Source: a virus
DNA length: 64,000 nt
Virus record (IMG/VR): IMGVR_UViG_3300009184_000001
Coordinates: 1-64,000 of that record
Strand: one strand, 5' to 3'
Shown: positions 63,932-64,000 of the stretch, piece by piece
How positions within the stretch are numbered: the first letter of the stretch is position 1
How the letters are laid out: each line of letters begins with the position of its first letter
The notes under the pieces: model-generated
The model's database searches: none
What the model saw: only the letters and a program-made list of their open reading frames with translations
What the model was told of the DNA's origin: nothing
Position numbers and translations under genes: made by a program

Positions 63932-64000
63932 GTGTAATAGAACGTAGTAAACGATTGGTAGTAAGGCGTCACTGGTACCACAAAGGACAACAAGCTGAGC
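63928..64000 (+). CDS. Partial ORF running off the window
   Basis: AAGGAGG RBS, ATG 63928, open to the window end. Confidence 0.5.
   Translation, partial: MSVIERSKRLVVRRHWYHKGQQAE

Noticed and set aside
1-64000. CRISPR array, integrase or att site, introns/inteins, stop-codon recoding
   Set aside because: No regularly spaced repeats and no recombinase; terminase, portal and capsid are uninterrupted; genes tile normally with the standard code.

Overview
The window is 64 kb of a large, AT-rich (about 40% GC by eye) contractile-tailed dsDNA phage. The host is most likely an actinobacterium, inferred from GAAAGG/AGGAG RBSs, an FmdB-like zinc ribbon, a PASTA-like protein, M23 and NlpC/P60 hydrolases and an N4-gp56-type capsid. 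Positions 1-51.7 kb are almost entirely minus-strand. Read in transcription order they carry: Hsp20; a small RNA operon; NlpC/P60, holin and M23 endolysin; terminase, portal, scaffold and major capsid; about 12 kb of fibre/decoration genes; about 13 tiny Lys-rich proteins; sheath, tube, chaperone, tape measure and baseplate; then a DnaC-like loader and a DnaB helicase cut by the window edge. From 51.8 kb the genes switch to the plus strand in an early-like region with HNH, XRE-HTH, a MoxR-type AAA plus vWA pair and many micro-proteins. The most unusual content is non-coding. It includes an 80-nt tmRNA tRNA-like-domain-only gene beside tRNA-Trp, a 47-nt tRNA mimic with no anticodon arm, a degenerate tRNA flanked by two covarying H-type pseudoknots, a 600-nt highly paired intergenic region, and a 12-bp motif (CCRACACAAACA) found seven times, always oriented with transcription. 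Together these suggest a phage small-RNA system built from tRNA-like folds and pseudoknots. All family names come from my recognition of motifs, not from database searches.
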